Source: a virus (lineage: Duplodnaviria; Caudoviricetes). From it: a stretch of DNA of 64,000 nt. Positions 44,316 through 53,062 of the stretch are shown here, one piece after another. The DNA lies in the IMG/VR virus record IMGVR_UViG_3300005466_000029, positions 1,628 through 65,627 of that record; one strand, given 5' to 3'. Below the pieces are notes generated by a model. The model was given only the letters and a program-made list of their open reading frames with translations. It did not search any database and was not told the DNA's origin. The position numbers and the translations under genes were made by a program. Numbering within the stretch: the first letter of the stretch is position 1; each line of letters opens with the position of its first letter.

Positions 44316-45072
44316 CCTCGAGAGCGCGCTGGCCCGAACCGGAAACCTTCTTGCCGCCCAGGTCTGCCCGGTTGGCCGCTGCCCGCCCGGCCGCCTTGCC
44401 GCCCTCGTCCCTGTCGTCGATGCGGTACTTCGTGCTCCTGGTGTTGCCGATCTCCGCGGCCACGTGGTCCACCACGACCTGCGTGCGGTCCCGCAGCACC
44501 AGCGCGGTACCCGCCCGGGCTGAGGTCTCCGCAGCCTCGTTGCGCCGCTTGGCCTCCCAGATGCGTTGGCTCACCCGCTCGACCCATCCGTAGGCGTAGC
44601 TGACCCGCCAGGCCTGAATGGTCTTCCCGCCCCCGACCCACGCAGCCCGCTCGTCGTTCGCCATCATCGATTGCATCTGGAGGATCAAGCTGGTGTACAG
44701 CATGCTGATGAACTTCAGGTCCGACTCGTGCGCCCACACCCGGATTTTGGCGCGGCGGTCCACCTTGCCGTTCGGCTTGATGCCCGGCATCATCACTGCG
44801 CGGCCACGGTTCGCCTGTGCCACAGAGTTGATCAGAATGCGCTTGGCCTTGATCAGTGGGGTGTTTGACTCCTGGCAGAAGTCCATGTAGCTGATGCCCT
44901 CGCGGCCCGCGTCACCCTGGGGCAACATGGCGTCGTCGATGGCGTACTTGAGCTGGAGAGCAGCTGCCTTCTCGAGGAACGTGTCCCGCGCAGCTTCGTT
45001 GCCAGCCTTGGCCTCACCCTCGGCCTGGGCCAGGAGAGCGGCGATGCGCTGGGCGATCTTGCTGTCTGCCAT
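44311..45072 (-). CDS. DUF2786-domain protein
   Basis: RIAALLAQAE...EAARDTFLEKAAALQLKYAID; C-terminal GRAAANRADLG. Confidence 0.8.
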   Translation of the reverse strand: MADSKIAQRIAALLAQAEGEAKAGNEAARDTFLEKAAALQLKYAIDDAMLPQGDAGREGISYMDFCQESNTPLIKAKRILINSVAQANRGRAVMMPGIKPNGKVDRRAKIRVWAHESDLKFISMLYTSLILQMQSMMANDERAAWVGGGKTIQAWRVSYAYGWVERVSQRIWEAKRRNEAAETSARAGTALVLRDRTQVVVDHVAAEIGNTRSTKYRIDDRDEGGKAAGRAAANRADLGGKKVSGSGQRALEA

Positions 45073-45143
45073 GGTGCTGCCTTTCGTTGGTGCCTGCCTG
45101 CGACCATTCTTGCACACCGCACACCCCTCGAAGCTTCCATTCG

Positions 45144-45189
45144 AAACCCCGACCTGGGAGGGGGCAGCAAACCCTCAACCAGGCCGGGG
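45144..45189 (-). terminator. terminator at the end of the late (lysis) operon
   Basis: CCCCGGCCTGG...CCAGGTCGGGG-TTTC on the minus strand. Confidence 0.65.
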
Positions 45190-45291
45190 TCCCGGTACAG
45201 CACGCGCACCGTGGTTGGGCGCCGAGGTGAGGCCAGGCAGTAGCGCTCACCAACGACCAGTATGCCCAATCGCGCTACCAGGCGCCAGCCG

Positions 45292-45684
45292 TCAGGTCAG
45301 ACGACCGGGGCCCGCCTCACCGGAAGCCACTGCCTGGCCCACCGTGGGCCTCTTGACCGCGAAGACGTAGCCCTTGTTCCCGAGGCCCGAGGTCAGACCG
45401 ATGGCCGCACATCCGGCGAGCACGACCTCGATGATCTCCGCCTGCGTCAGGCCACCCTGGATGACCACGTACAGCACGGCGAGCCCGGCGGTCAGGAACG
45501 AAACGAACCCCTTGGCGTAGTACGCCAGGCCGTCTTCCATGTTCGGCACGATGTACACGCCGAACGCACCGACAGCCGTGCCGGCGATGGTGATCGCTTC
45601 CTGCTGATCGATGCCGCCGTCCGTGAGCTGGGCGTAGATTGCGGTGACGATCGCCACGCCCAGCATTGCCCATGTCTTGATCAT
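45292..45684 (-). CDS. holin
   Basis: four TM helices in two internal repeats, directly after the endolysin. Confidence 0.7.
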   Translation of the reverse strand: MIKTWAMLGVAIVTAIYAQLTDGGIDQQEAITIAGTAVGAFGVYIVPNMEDGLAYYAKGFVSFLTAGLAVLYVVIQGGLTQAEIIEVVLAGCAAIGLTSGLGNKGYVFAVKRPTVGQAVASGEAGPGRLT

Positions 45685-46622
45685 TCGGAACTCTCCTTCT
45701 CGTTGGGGGCACCCAACTTTGCGAACACTTCCTGCAACGCAGCCTTGATCTGCGTGGGCGTCACACTACCGCCCACACCCTGCTTCGCGAGCTCCTCTGC
45801 GAGGGCGGCCTCGTCCACGTCCGCGACGACCCCTGCCGCAGCAGCCAGATCCAGCGCGCGGCCAGACGGCCCGGCCCACCTGGGCTCTCGGCTGCCGTAG
45901 AACCGCTCGGCGTACAGGTTGGCCAACGCGGTCAACGCGTCGACCTTGACGACCACCCCGTTCTCGTGGTCCCGGACCTCGATCATCTCGTTCTTCAGCG
46001 ACACGTCTTCCTCCTCCTTGTTGTGCTGACCCAGCAGGTCAACGTAAGCCTTGTTCACGTCGCAGCGAGCCGTGATCCCGTTCACGATACCGTTGCTGGT
46101 GTACTGGTGGATGTCCACCCGACCCGGGTAGCCCCCGGTGAGACTGTTGAGCTGGCCGTTGTTGGGGCCGTAGCTCGCGACCCAGATGATCAGGCCGGGG
46201 ATGCCCCACTGGTCGGGGCGCATGATTCGGGCCCAGCTCGAGGACAGGTAGATGCACGGCCTGCGACCTGCTGCCACAATGCGGTTCAGGAAGTCCTTCG
46301 AGAACTTCGTGGCTGCGGCGTCCGCGGAGAAGGGGGACTCTACGTCGAGCATGGGCGGCAGCGCCAGGTCGTAGAGGCTGTACTCCTTCAGCAGCACGTC
46401 TGCTTGCGCGGCGCCGTTGCCTGGCTGCGCGTAGTGGTAGCCGCCCACCGGAAGACCGACGCCCTTGGCCCCGTGGATCTGGGCAGAAGGGCTCCGCTTG
46501 GTGTACGGCCCCGTTCCGTCCGACACCTTGACGTACACCCATTTCACGTCGGACTTGTTCTTGACCGTAGACCAGTTGATGTCGCGCTGGTAGATGGGGT
46601 GAATGTCGATTCCGAGGGTCAT
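45681..46622 (-). CDS. endolysin, GH25 muramidase
   Basis: GIDI..YQ, VKVSDG, GGYHYA, LDVE, HQYTS, DVN. Confidence 0.92.
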   Translation of the reverse strand: MTLGIDIHPIYQRDINWSTVKNKSDVKWVYVKVSDGTGPYTKRSPSAQIHGAKGVGLPVGGYHYAQPGNGAAQADVLLKEYSLYDLALPPMLDVESPFSADAAATKFSKDFLNRIVAAGRRPCIYLSSSWARIMRPDQWGIPGLIIWVASYGPNNGQLNSLTGGYPGRVDIHQYTSNGIVNGITARCDVNKAYVDLLGQHNKEEEDVSLKNEMIEVRDHENGVVVKVDALTALANLYAERFYGSREPRWAGPSGRALDLAAAAGVVADVDEAALAEELAKQGVGGSVTPTQIKAALQEVFAKLGAPNEKESSE

Positions 46623-47287
46623 GAAGATACCTTCTTACATATCAGCCAGTCTTCGTCGTCGTCCGGGCTCACGGGGTCTGGGCCTGTGTAGTGGAACTCT
46701 GCCTGCGCCCAGCCCTGCGGACAGCTGGGACCCGCGGGACCCGCTGGCCCGACTTCTCCTTTCTCGCCTTGGTCCCCCTTGTCTCCTTTCTCCCCGGTGT
46801 CGCCCTTGTCGCCCTGGTCTCCTTTCTGGCCGATCAATCCCATGGGGCCGGTGTCTCCGAGGAGACCGTCCAGACCCTGATCCCCTTTCGGTCCTGGCTC
46901 CCCAGTGTCTCCTTTGTCTCCCTTCTCGCCCTTATCCCCCTTCTCACCTTTCGCGCCAGCTGGCCCAGCGGCGCCGGGGTCACCCTTCTCGCCCTGCACC
47001 TGCGCCGGCAGCTCGTTGCGCTTAGCCGCATCGCAGTTGCGCTGCACGGTCTCCGTCAGGTGCGTTGCCGAACTAGCTTCTGCCACAGGGCATGTGACCT
47101 TCAGGGCTTCCTGCGCTCCCTGAAGGACAACCACGGTGCGCTCGTCCTTGCTGTTAGTTTCGAGATACAGAACAGCTGCCATCGCCAGGACTGCGGCCAT
47201 GCAAACCACCATCACGAGGTTGCGCCGAGCCTCCCTGGTCTTGATGCTGCGCAGCTCCCCTACTGCCTTCTCGACTTCCTCGGTCAT
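46619..47287 (-). CDS. membrane-anchored collagen-like protein
   Basis: TM helix followed by a long Gly-X-Y run (GEKGDKGD...). Confidence 0.85.
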   Translation of the reverse strand: MTEEVEKAVGELRSIKTREARRNLVMVVCMAAVLAMAAVLYLETNSKDERTVVVLQGAQEALKVTCPVAEASSATHLTETVQRNCDAAKRNELPAQVQGEKGDPGAAGPAGAKGEKGDKGEKGDKGDTGEPGPKGDQGLDGLLGDTGPMGLIGQKGDQGDKGDTGEKGDKGDQGEKGEVGPAGPAGPSCPQGWAQAEFHYTGPDPVSPDDDEDWLICKKVSS

Positions 47288-47598
47288 GTGTCGTCTCCCG
47301 ACTCCGGTGGCGTCAGGCCCTGCTGAATCATGAACCATCGAAGCCTGGCCACTTCTTCCCGCGCGCCATTGCGCTGCTTACGGTACCCTTCAGCCTCCTT
47401 TTCGGCATCATCCGCGCGCTTTTCTGCAGCTAATCGCATCTCCTGTTGTTTCTTGTTATCAGCATCGATCCGGGAAAGAAGAGTCTCTTCACTCTGTACC
47501 TTCCCGGACCGCATTGCCTTGATTACGTTCTGTATGCCGATGATCGCACCACCCGAGCCAGCGCCGAACAGGATGGTGAAGATCAGATTAAGATCCAT
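47284..47598 (-). CDS. membrane protein with coiled coil (lysis cassette)
   Basis: N-terminal TM helix plus coiled coil. Confidence 0.7.
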   Translation of the reverse strand: MDLNLIFTILFGAGSGGAIIGIQNVIKAMRSGKVQSEETLLSRIDADNKKQQEMRLAAEKRADDAEKEAEGYRKQRNGAREEVARLRWFMIQQGLTPPESGDDT

Positions 47599-47986
47599 GT
47601 CTAGACCCCTCTATCAACTTCACCAGCCTGCGGAGCTCGCGCCAGCGCGCAAGGCATCCAAAAGAGAAGGCCATGAATATCAATCCGAAACCGTAGGAGG
47701 GAGTCGTCTGGGCGTAGAGGAAAAGCGCTACCGCGAAGATCGCGTTGGCTGCGGACAGCAGGGGGAGGCCGATCATCTCACCGTGCCACTTGTTGCGCGC
47801 CACTCCGTAGAACGAGCTCATTCCGCCCGTCACCAGGAATCCAGACCACGCGTACACCAGCCCCGATTGCAGCGCGTTGAGAATAGCCTGGCTCGGATAG
47901 AAGGCGAAGAAAGCCCCGGCCACTAGCAAGAGACTATACATGCCGCCGTAGATGAAACGGTTCCTCTTGTCACTCCTCCATGGCAC
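47588..47986 (-). CDS. four-TM membrane protein (lysis cassette)
   Basis: hydrophobic 132-aa ORF. Confidence 0.7.
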   Translation of the reverse strand: MPWRSDKRNRFIYGGMYSLLLVAGAFFAFYPSQAILNALQSGLVYAWSGFLVTGGMSSFYGVARNKWHGEMIGLPLLSAANAIFAVALFLYAQTTPSYGFGLIFMAFSFGCLARWRELRRLVKLIEGSRHGS

Positions 47987-48003
47987 GGGGATTCACCTTT
48001 CTC

Positions 48004-48288
48004 CTAATCTTGGACTAGCTGCAACTTGAACGGTCCTTCTGGCGCTTCCTGTAGTTGCTCGGCAACCTCCTCCGGAGAGAGGCTGCCCATGAACTGCGGG
48101 GCGAACCAGTGCCCCACTGGAACGGACACGTCTCCCTGGTTGAACGGCTGGCAGAACAGGCAGAGGCTGCCGTCCAGGTTCACTTGGAACTTCGTGTCGT
48201 AGTGCTTCTCCAGCTGTTCCAGGTTGTCCCCAGTCCACTGGCTCATCACGAAAGAAGAGGGCCGAGCGGTGAACCTCTTGATCGTCAT
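48004..48288 (-). CDS. hypothetical protein
   Basis: 94 aa, AAGGAG RBS. Confidence 0.65.
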   Translation of the reverse strand: MTIKRFTARPSSFVMSQWTGDNLEQLEKHYDTKFQVNLDGSLCLFCQPFNQGDVSVPVGHWFAPQFMGSLSPEEVAEQLQEAPEGPFKLQLVQD

Positions 48289-48298
48289 TAACTTCTCC

Positions 48299-49057
48299 TT
48301 ACGGTGCGATTACCCACAGCCGACGAGCCGCCCACGTCCCGGTGTTGCTGACCACCCGGTACACGCTCTTGTACGTGTTCGTCCCAGCGCTAATCGTAAC
48401 AAGCTGCATGCCGGAGAGCTGGAAACCGCCGCTCGCATTGGTGCAGGCAGCAGCCATCGAATCCGAGTCAGAGGCGGCTCGAGTGGTGGCTCCCGAAATG
48501 GTGAATCCCATGTAGCACGTTGCGGGTGGGTTGTAGCTCGCGGAGACCACGTTCGAGAACACCTGCGCGCGCCACATCACGAGCGCCTGCGTGCCTACCG
48601 AAGTGAGGGTGACCGAGGGTCCGACCGTGGTCAGATCAGCGAAGGAGCCTGATGAGCTGGACTCCGAAGCGCTCACGGTGTTGTTGGCGGAATGGGTGAA
48701 CAGCGACTGCGGTGTCCAGGTAGAACCGGTGTAACGCATGAAGACGTTGCCCGTGGTCACGAACACGATCTGGCCGGTGTACGGCGCGAGGATCGAGGCG
48801 GTGCTACTTATCGAAGGGATCTGCCCCATCTGAATCCACGCGTTGTTCGCGGCGTTCCGAACGTACGTGAATCGCGAGTCGGTCTCGTAGATCATCATTC
48901 CCGGAAACGGCGTGCTCGGACGCGTAACCGAAGTGCAGATGACCGTACCGAAGAAGTCATCCAGCTTCTCGAAGTTGAAGTTGTAGTTTCCGAAATCCCA
49001 CAGCTCGTCACCCTGAGGAAGGCGGAGGGCCATCTTGGTGGTGTAGTCCATTGTCAT
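48299..49057 (-). CDS. minor tail protein
   Basis: TRPSTPFPGMMIYETDS repeat typical of actinophage tail proteins. Confidence 0.75.
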   Translation of the reverse strand: MTMDYTTKMALRLPQGDELWDFGNYNFNFEKLDDFFGTVICTSVTRPSTPFPGMMIYETDSRFTYVRNAANNAWIQMGQIPSISSTASILAPYTGQIVFVTTGNVFMRYTGSTWTPQSLFTHSANNTVSASESSSSGSFADLTTVGPSVTLTSVGTQALVMWRAQVFSNVVSASYNPPATCYMGFTISGATTRAASDSDSMAAACTNASGGFQLSGMQLVTISAGTNTYKSVYRVVSNTGTWAARRLWVIAP

Positions 49058-49070
49058 TGTTCTGTCCTCC

Positions 49071-51866
49071 CTAGAAGGGTTGAACTGCGATGTGCCGGTT
49101 GTAGAACTGAGAGTTTGACCAGCCTGTTCCCTGTGCCTTGTAGGCCATGCTGAACGTCCAGGTTCCCGGCGTGAGACCAGTGCACAGGTACGAGCGCCCG
49201 ATGCCCTGGTTGCCGCCGTCCGCGGAGAGTGCCTGCGCGTCGGCTGCGGCAATGGAGGCACCTCCCGGGCCGCTGGCCTGGAAGCTAGCCGAAGCCGCTC
49301 GAATGAATCCGCCCCCGTCTACGCCTGGCAGAATCCAGCAACTGAAGCTCACCATGGCGCGACCTGTGTTGCCGATTTCAACCGTGCACGTGGGTGTGTT
49401 GCCGTTGTAGGTGTTCAGGTTGGTGGCGGCAATGCCCGTGAGGGTCTGGGCCTGCATACCGAAAGCCAGGGCCGATATGCGCACCAGCTGGCCACCGTCG
49501 TTGAGCACCTCAATGCCGTCTCCGCCAGAGCTCGCAAGCTCCCCTGCGCGCAGCACGCGAGTGCCGTCATCCTTGTATACCTGCAAACCGTGTCGTCCGT
49601 CGAAGCACTCCCCCAGCTCGATAATGACGTTGCCCGCGGCATTGCGCACGAGCAGAGCGCCATCCTTGATTTCGATGCCCCCGTCGCCGTTCACGTGGAG
49701 CTTGCCCGTCGTGCTGTCCCAGTGCAGCGCGCGGAAACCTGTGGTGGTCCAGCCACTGATGCCAGCAGCGTTCAACTCCACGCCAGGGAAGTCGAAGTCC
49801 TGCATGGTGGCAATACGCCCACCAACGATCACCGAGGCATCCATCGTCCCCGCAGTGATCTTGGAGGCGGTCAGGTTGCTGATGTACTGATCATCGATGA
49901 GACCGACTTGCTGCACAACGGCCTGGGAGGGGAGGGACTTGTTGCCGGCCTCGTCTACTGCGATCACTTTGTAGTACACGTAGCCCGTGTTCGCCTGCGA
50001 GAACGTTTGCACCACAGGGATCTGACCGATCATGCTGCCGTAGTTGGCTAGCGCCTTGCCGAGGAGCGTGTCGTCCGTGGGGGTGAACAGCGGCTCCACC
50101 CCGCCGTGCAGCTCCAGGTGATGGAGATCCCTGTCGAGGTTGAAGTCTCCACCGGAGGACACGCCCAGCATGTGTGTCATCTGAACGAACAGCGGGTTGC
50201 TCGCGATGAACGGAGGCGCAGGCGTGGCTGGTGGGATGTTGTCCCGAGTGGTGGTGAACAGCGCCAGGTCCGACCATTCCCCGCGGTTGCTGGGGTTGGC
50301 CAGGTCCACCGCACGGATCTGCGCCTCGTAGGGCATTGACGGGGTGAGCTCCTGCAGTCGGAACACCGTGGTATCGAAGGGAGCTATGGCGGTCTGCCAC
50401 TCCGTCTCGCCGAGAAAGATCATGTGCGCGTACGTAGCGCCCGTGAGTGTGAGCTGATCGTTCGTGAGGCCGAGGTTGTTGATCATGTCCATAGTGACTG
50501 GATAGTCTGGAATGGTCGCCCGGCGGTATCTGATCTCGTAGTGCGATCCGTCGAGAATGCTTGAACCGCCTACGTTCGTGGGCTCGATCCACTTCAGGAT
50601 GGCCTCGGAGCGCGCCACGCCGGTGGCCGGAGACTGGTACACGCTCAGCTGGAAGGGCTCTACCCAATCCACCTTGTCCGGCACCGAAGTGTCCGGCGGT
50701 GGGCTCACGGGGAAGCTGCCGCTTCCGCCCTCGCTCAGGCTGCGGTTGTAACCACCCACCACAAGAGTGGTCTCGCCGGACTCCGGCACCACGTAGCGGG
50801 ACAGGTCGAACCACTCGCCGATCATGTTGCGGTAGAACACACTCATGCGCCTGGTGATCGGCCAGGTGGTCTCAGTGAGCCGCAGCTTGAACGGGTTGAT
50901 GCGCTGGCCGCGGAACTGCTGCTCGTTGGCGTTGTCCATCAGACCCATGATCGGGTCGTACGCCCACAAGTAGTCCCCGACCTGAACGGTGCCCTTGACG
51001 TCGTAGTTCGAAGTGTCCAGGCTTAGGGCGTCGCGGGTGGACTTGAACCTGTTCAGCTGCAACTGCGCCCGGGCGGGAGCGTTGTCCGTGCTGGTCTCGG
51101 ACTCCTGCACGATGCGCGTGCGCCGCACTGGGTTGCCGTGCAGGTCCTTGAACGGGATCTCGATCTCGGGCGTTTCCGCCTCTGCCGCAACGAACTGGCC
51201 GTTGATGCCTTGCCCCAGCAGCAGCACGCCCGTCGTGTAGTCCTTGACGTCCCGGTCTGTTTCCGCGTTGCCCGCCAACGCTTGCAGCCACATGTCGTCG
51301 AACCCTGCGATGGCTCTGCCGACAGACTTGTGCACCACCAGGCATCGCGGAGTCGTACGCCACAGCGCGGACTCCGGTCCGGCATCCAGCGTGGCATCGC
51401 CGTTGACGCGCCAGCCTGCCTCGCCAACCGTCTGGCATATGTAGTCGATGATCTCCCGGGAGTTCTGGAACTGGAACGTGCCCGTGAAGTTGTCTCCGGT
51501 GTTGGTGATCGTGCCTGCTGTCACGGCACCGGAGGGCGGCAGGGCTGCGGTGACGGCCGTGGCGAAGTCGCTGTTCAGCACCAACGGATCGCTGAACACA
51601 TCCCCTTTGCCGTCTGCGTCGCCCAGCCACATCGCCATGCCCACGCCACCGATGCTGCGCACACCACTGTGGTCACTGATGGTGTCGATAGGCCCGACGT
51701 AGCGCGCACTGCGCAGAAGGGAGTCGTCGAGGGAGCTCGGCCGCCTGCCCACATGCACCGCGATGTGGCCGAAGTACTCGAGCTCCTTCCAGGTTGATTC
51801 GGGCATGCCTTTCTTGAAGGTCACACCCCAGCTCCCTAAGGCTCGGAGCGTTTCTGTTACAGCCAT
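49071..51866 (-). CDS. large minor tail protein / central fibre with Fn3-like domains
   Basis: YEAQIRAVD, YYKVIAVDEAGNKS, LTASKITAGT. Confidence 0.82.
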   Translation of the reverse strand: MAVTETLRALGSWGVTFKKGMPESTWKELEYFGHIAVHVGRRPSSLDDSLLRSARYVGPIDTISDHSGVRSIGGVGMAMWLGDADGKGDVFSDPLVLNSDFATAVTAALPPSGAVTAGTITNTGDNFTGTFQFQNSREIIDYICQTVGEAGWRVNGDATLDAGPESALWRTTPRCLVVHKSVGRAIAGFDDMWLQALAGNAETDRDVKDYTTGVLLLGQGINGQFVAAEAETPEIEIPFKDLHGNPVRRTRIVQESETSTDNAPARAQLQLNRFKSTRDALSLDTSNYDVKGTVQVGDYLWAYDPIMGLMDNANEQQFRGQRINPFKLRLTETTWPITRRMSVFYRNMIGEWFDLSRYVVPESGETTLVVGGYNRSLSEGGSGSFPVSPPPDTSVPDKVDWVEPFQLSVYQSPATGVARSEAILKWIEPTNVGGSSILDGSHYEIRYRRATIPDYPVTMDMINNLGLTNDQLTLTGATYAHMIFLGETEWQTAIAPFDTTVFRLQELTPSMPYEAQIRAVDLANPSNRGEWSDLALFTTTRDNIPPATPAPPFIASNPLFVQMTHMLGVSSGGDFNLDRDLHHLELHGGVEPLFTPTDDTLLGKALANYGSMIGQIPVVQTFSQANTGYVYYKVIAVDEAGNKSLPSQAVVQQVGLIDDQYISNLTASKITAGTMDASVIVGGRIATMQDFDFPGVELNAAGISGWTTTGFRALHWDSTTGKLHVNGDGGIEIKDGALLVRNAAGNVIIELGECFDGRHGLQVYKDDGTRVLRAGELASSGGDGIEVLNDGGQLVRISALAFGMQAQTLTGIAATNLNTYNGNTPTCTVEIGNTGRAMVSFSCWILPGVDGGGFIRAASASFQASGPGGASIAAADAQALSADGGNQGIGRSYLCTGLTPGTWTFSMAYKAQGTGWSNSQFYNRHIAVQPF

Positions 51867-53062
51867 TATCGCCTCACCCCCTGCACGAGCTCGTTGGGCA
51901 TTCCGACGTACTGCTTCTGCAGATCCGCCGCTGCGTCACCGGTGACCGGCGAGCTGCCTGCCACCACACCGACGAACGCATCCAGTGCGGTAGCGGAAGA
52001 CTTGCTGATCCCGCCGTTCACGGCGTCGGCCGTGAAAGACCTTGCGCTCCCGATGAGATACTTGTTGTTGTCTGCGTCCAGCGTGGTCCTGACCACCATG
52101 CCGCTGCCCGCCGTTCCGCCTTCCGCAGAAGCGAGAACCACCTTGAGCGTCTGGCTGAATTCGCTCTGGAGATATATCTCCACGAACCGATGCCCGCGGC
52201 GCAGCGTGATGTCCAGGTATACCCGGCCGGTGGTAAGCATCTTCATCATCCGGACGGTCACTGCTTCGTACTGGTTGTGCAGCAGCTGACACCTGTCGAA
52301 CACCCCGAACGTAGTGGACGAGCCCAGCACATCCCAGTTCTTCACGTGCCAGGCCCCACCGGTGTAGGCGGCAATGGCGAGCACACCACCGCTCAGCAGC
52401 GGCTGCACGCGCACCAGGCCGTTTGAGAGCGTCCAACCGGTGGGTTGCAGCCATGCACCGTCTCCCGACCGCTCCAGACCGAGCTCGTCGGTGAAGCGCA
52501 CCCTCCCCGTTGCGTACCCCGCAGCCGTTGTGGACCAGCGGGGATTCACGGTAGAACCAATGCCCCGGTACAACTTCAGCGTGCCGTCCTCGCCAACGCG
52601 CTGAACCGCACTGGTGACCGTAGCGTCCGACCAGTAGCCGCCGTGCGTGATGGCTGGTGCGTGCGTACGCTCCCCCGTGATGGTGAAGTCGTTGACCCGC
52701 GTCAGGCTGCCACTCAAGCGGCTCTCGATGTCTGTGTCGGCTTCCGTGCCTGCGCGCAGCAGGCTGGCCGACCAGCGGAACACCACGAGGTCATCGTCCC
52801 AGTCCTCTACAGTGCCTGAAGCGGAGTCCACCTCGTAGAAGCCATCCAGGTAGTTCTTCACCTGGAACGACACGGGCACAAACGAACCGGGCAGGGTCAG
52901 GATGTCTTCCCGCTGGCGCGCAACGGCTGCGGCAGTCAGGCGGGGGATGGACTCCTGCCCCGTCAGCGTCAACGTTCGGCCGCCATCCGCGTCAGCCTGC
53001 TCGGCTACGGTCAGGTCTTCGCGCACGCGCATCCGACCCAGGAGAATTGTGGGCGTAGGCAT
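51866..53062 (-). CDS. minor tail protein (distal tail position)
   Basis: 398 aa immediately after the tape measure gene. Confidence 0.72.
   Translation of the reverse strand: MPTPTILLGRMRVREDLTVAEQADADGGRTLTLTGQESIPRLTAAAVARQREDILTLPGSFVPVSFQVKNYLDGFYEVDSASGTVEDWDDDLVVFRWSASLLRAGTEADTDIESRLSGSLTRVNDFTITGERTHAPAITHGGYWSDATVTSAVQRVGEDGTLKLYRGIGSTVNPRWSTTAAGYATGRVRFTDELGLERSGDGAWLQPTGWTLSNGLVRVQPLLSGGVLAIAAYTGGAWHVKNWDVLGSSTTFGVFDRCQLLHNQYEAVTVRMMKMLTTGRVYLDITLRRGHRFVEIYLQSEFSQTLKVVLASAEGGTAGSGMVVRTTLDADNNKYLIGSARSFTADAVNGGISKSSATALDAFVGVVAGSSPVTGDAAADLQKQYVGMPNELVQGVRR

Noticed and set aside
45195-45290. Possible tRNA or ncRNA after the holin
   Set aside because: Only a short GTAGCGC/GCGCTAC stem; no cloverleaf or T-loop consensus
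46730-47000. Short-period DNA repeats
   Set aside because: Explained by Gly-X-Y collagen coding
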